From: Eutreptiella sp. 'Long Island Sound 2002'
Lineage: Eukaryota > Protista > Euglenida
Assembly (NCBI GenBank): GCA_964036045.1
Contig: OZ038378.1
Coordinates: forward strand, 95,852,001 to 95,916,000
Direction: 5' to 3'
DNA length: 64,000 bases
Part shown: positions 63,301 through 64,000 of the stretch, piece after piece
How positions within the stretch are numbered: the stretch's first letter is position 1
How the letters are laid out: the number at the start of each line of letters is the position of its first letter
Notes under the pieces: model-generated
Told to the model about the DNA's origin: nothing
The model's database searches: none
The model's input: only the letters and a program-made list of their open reading frames with translations
Translations under genes and position numbers: made by a program

Positions 63301-64000
63301 CACCCCCTGGGCAGGACTCCCCATCCCCCCAGGCTGGTGGGCCCGGTTGTCCATCCCCACAGGCCCTGCAGGACGCTCCGACCACCCCCCGGGCAGGACT
63401 CCCCATCCCCTCAGGCCGGTGCGCCCGGTTGTCCATCCCCGCAGGCCCTGTAGGAAACTCCGACCACCCCCTGGGCAGGACTCCCCATCCCCCCAGGCCG
63501 GTGCGCCCGGTTGTCCATCCCCACAGGCTCTGCAGGACGCTCCGACCACCCCTCGGGCTGGACTCCCCATCCCCCCAGGCCGGTGTGCCCGGTTCTACGT
63601 CCCCAAAGGCCCTGTAGGACGCTCCGACCACCCCCTGGGCAGGACTCCCCATCCCCCCAGGCCGGTGTGCCCGGTTGTCCATCCCCGTAGACCCTGCACG
63701 AAACTCCGACCACCCCCTGGGCTGGACTCCCCATCCCCCCAGGCCGGTGTGCCCGGTTCTACGTCCCCACAGGCCCGGCAGGACACTCCGACCACCCCCT
63801 GGGCAGGACTCCCCATCCCCGTAGGCCGGTGTGCCCGGTTCTACGTCCCCACAGGCCCTGCACGACACTCCGACCACCCCCTGGGTAGGACCTCTCGTCC
63901 CCTCAGGCCGGTGCGCCCGGTTGTCCATCCCCACGGCCCTACAGGAAACTCCGACCACCCCTTGGGCTGGACTCCCCATCCCCCCAGGCCGGTGTGCCCG
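57338..64000. repeat. 82-bp GC-rich satellite, ~81 monomers in the window, continuing beyond it
   Basis: Consensus AGGCCGGTGTGCCCGGTTCTACGTCCCCACAGGCCCTGCAGGACGCTCCGACCACCCCCTGGGCAGGACTCCCCATCCCCCC; repeated ORFs recur at 82-, 246- and 328-bp spacings. Confidence 0.98.

Noticed and set aside
57279-63979. Long ORFs (up to 731 aa) in the satellite
   Set aside because: They are open on both strands and in several frames only because the GC-rich 82-bp monomer (not a multiple of 3) lacks stop codons.

Overview
Eukaryotic, GC-rich, repeat-dense DNA with canonical GT-AG introns. I found no rRNA, tRNA or CRISPR and no clearly intact host gene. The window has four zones. (1) 1-6.2 kb: a 3-exon, near-intact pseudogene encoding a ParB/Srx-like domain plus a degenerate beta-class amino-methyltransferase-like region. 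It is surrounded by, and its intron 2 contains, pairs of the palindrome GGGCTCTGCAGAGCCC spaced 69-70 bp apart. (2) 6.2-9.6 kb: dispersed-repeat fragments and a decayed transposase-like frame. (3) 9.6-56.5 kb: a ~43.7-kb imperfect palindrome (arms 9622-31306 and 31709-53276, about 93-98% identical in segments compared by eye), with a nested 232-bp hairpin at the centre and a derived 2.3-kb inversion in the right arm. Each arm carries head-to-tail ~6.4-6.6-kb units encoding an intron-containing RAG1/Transib-like DDE transposase whose zinc ligands appear replaced, plus a second spliced gene. The inner arm also holds a fragment of a second RAG1/Transib-like family and an RPA70-like OB-fold gene. 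(4) 57.3-64 kb: an 82-bp C-rich satellite with higher-order repeats, running off the window. All protein family calls come from by-eye motif matching against remembered sequences, not from database searches.
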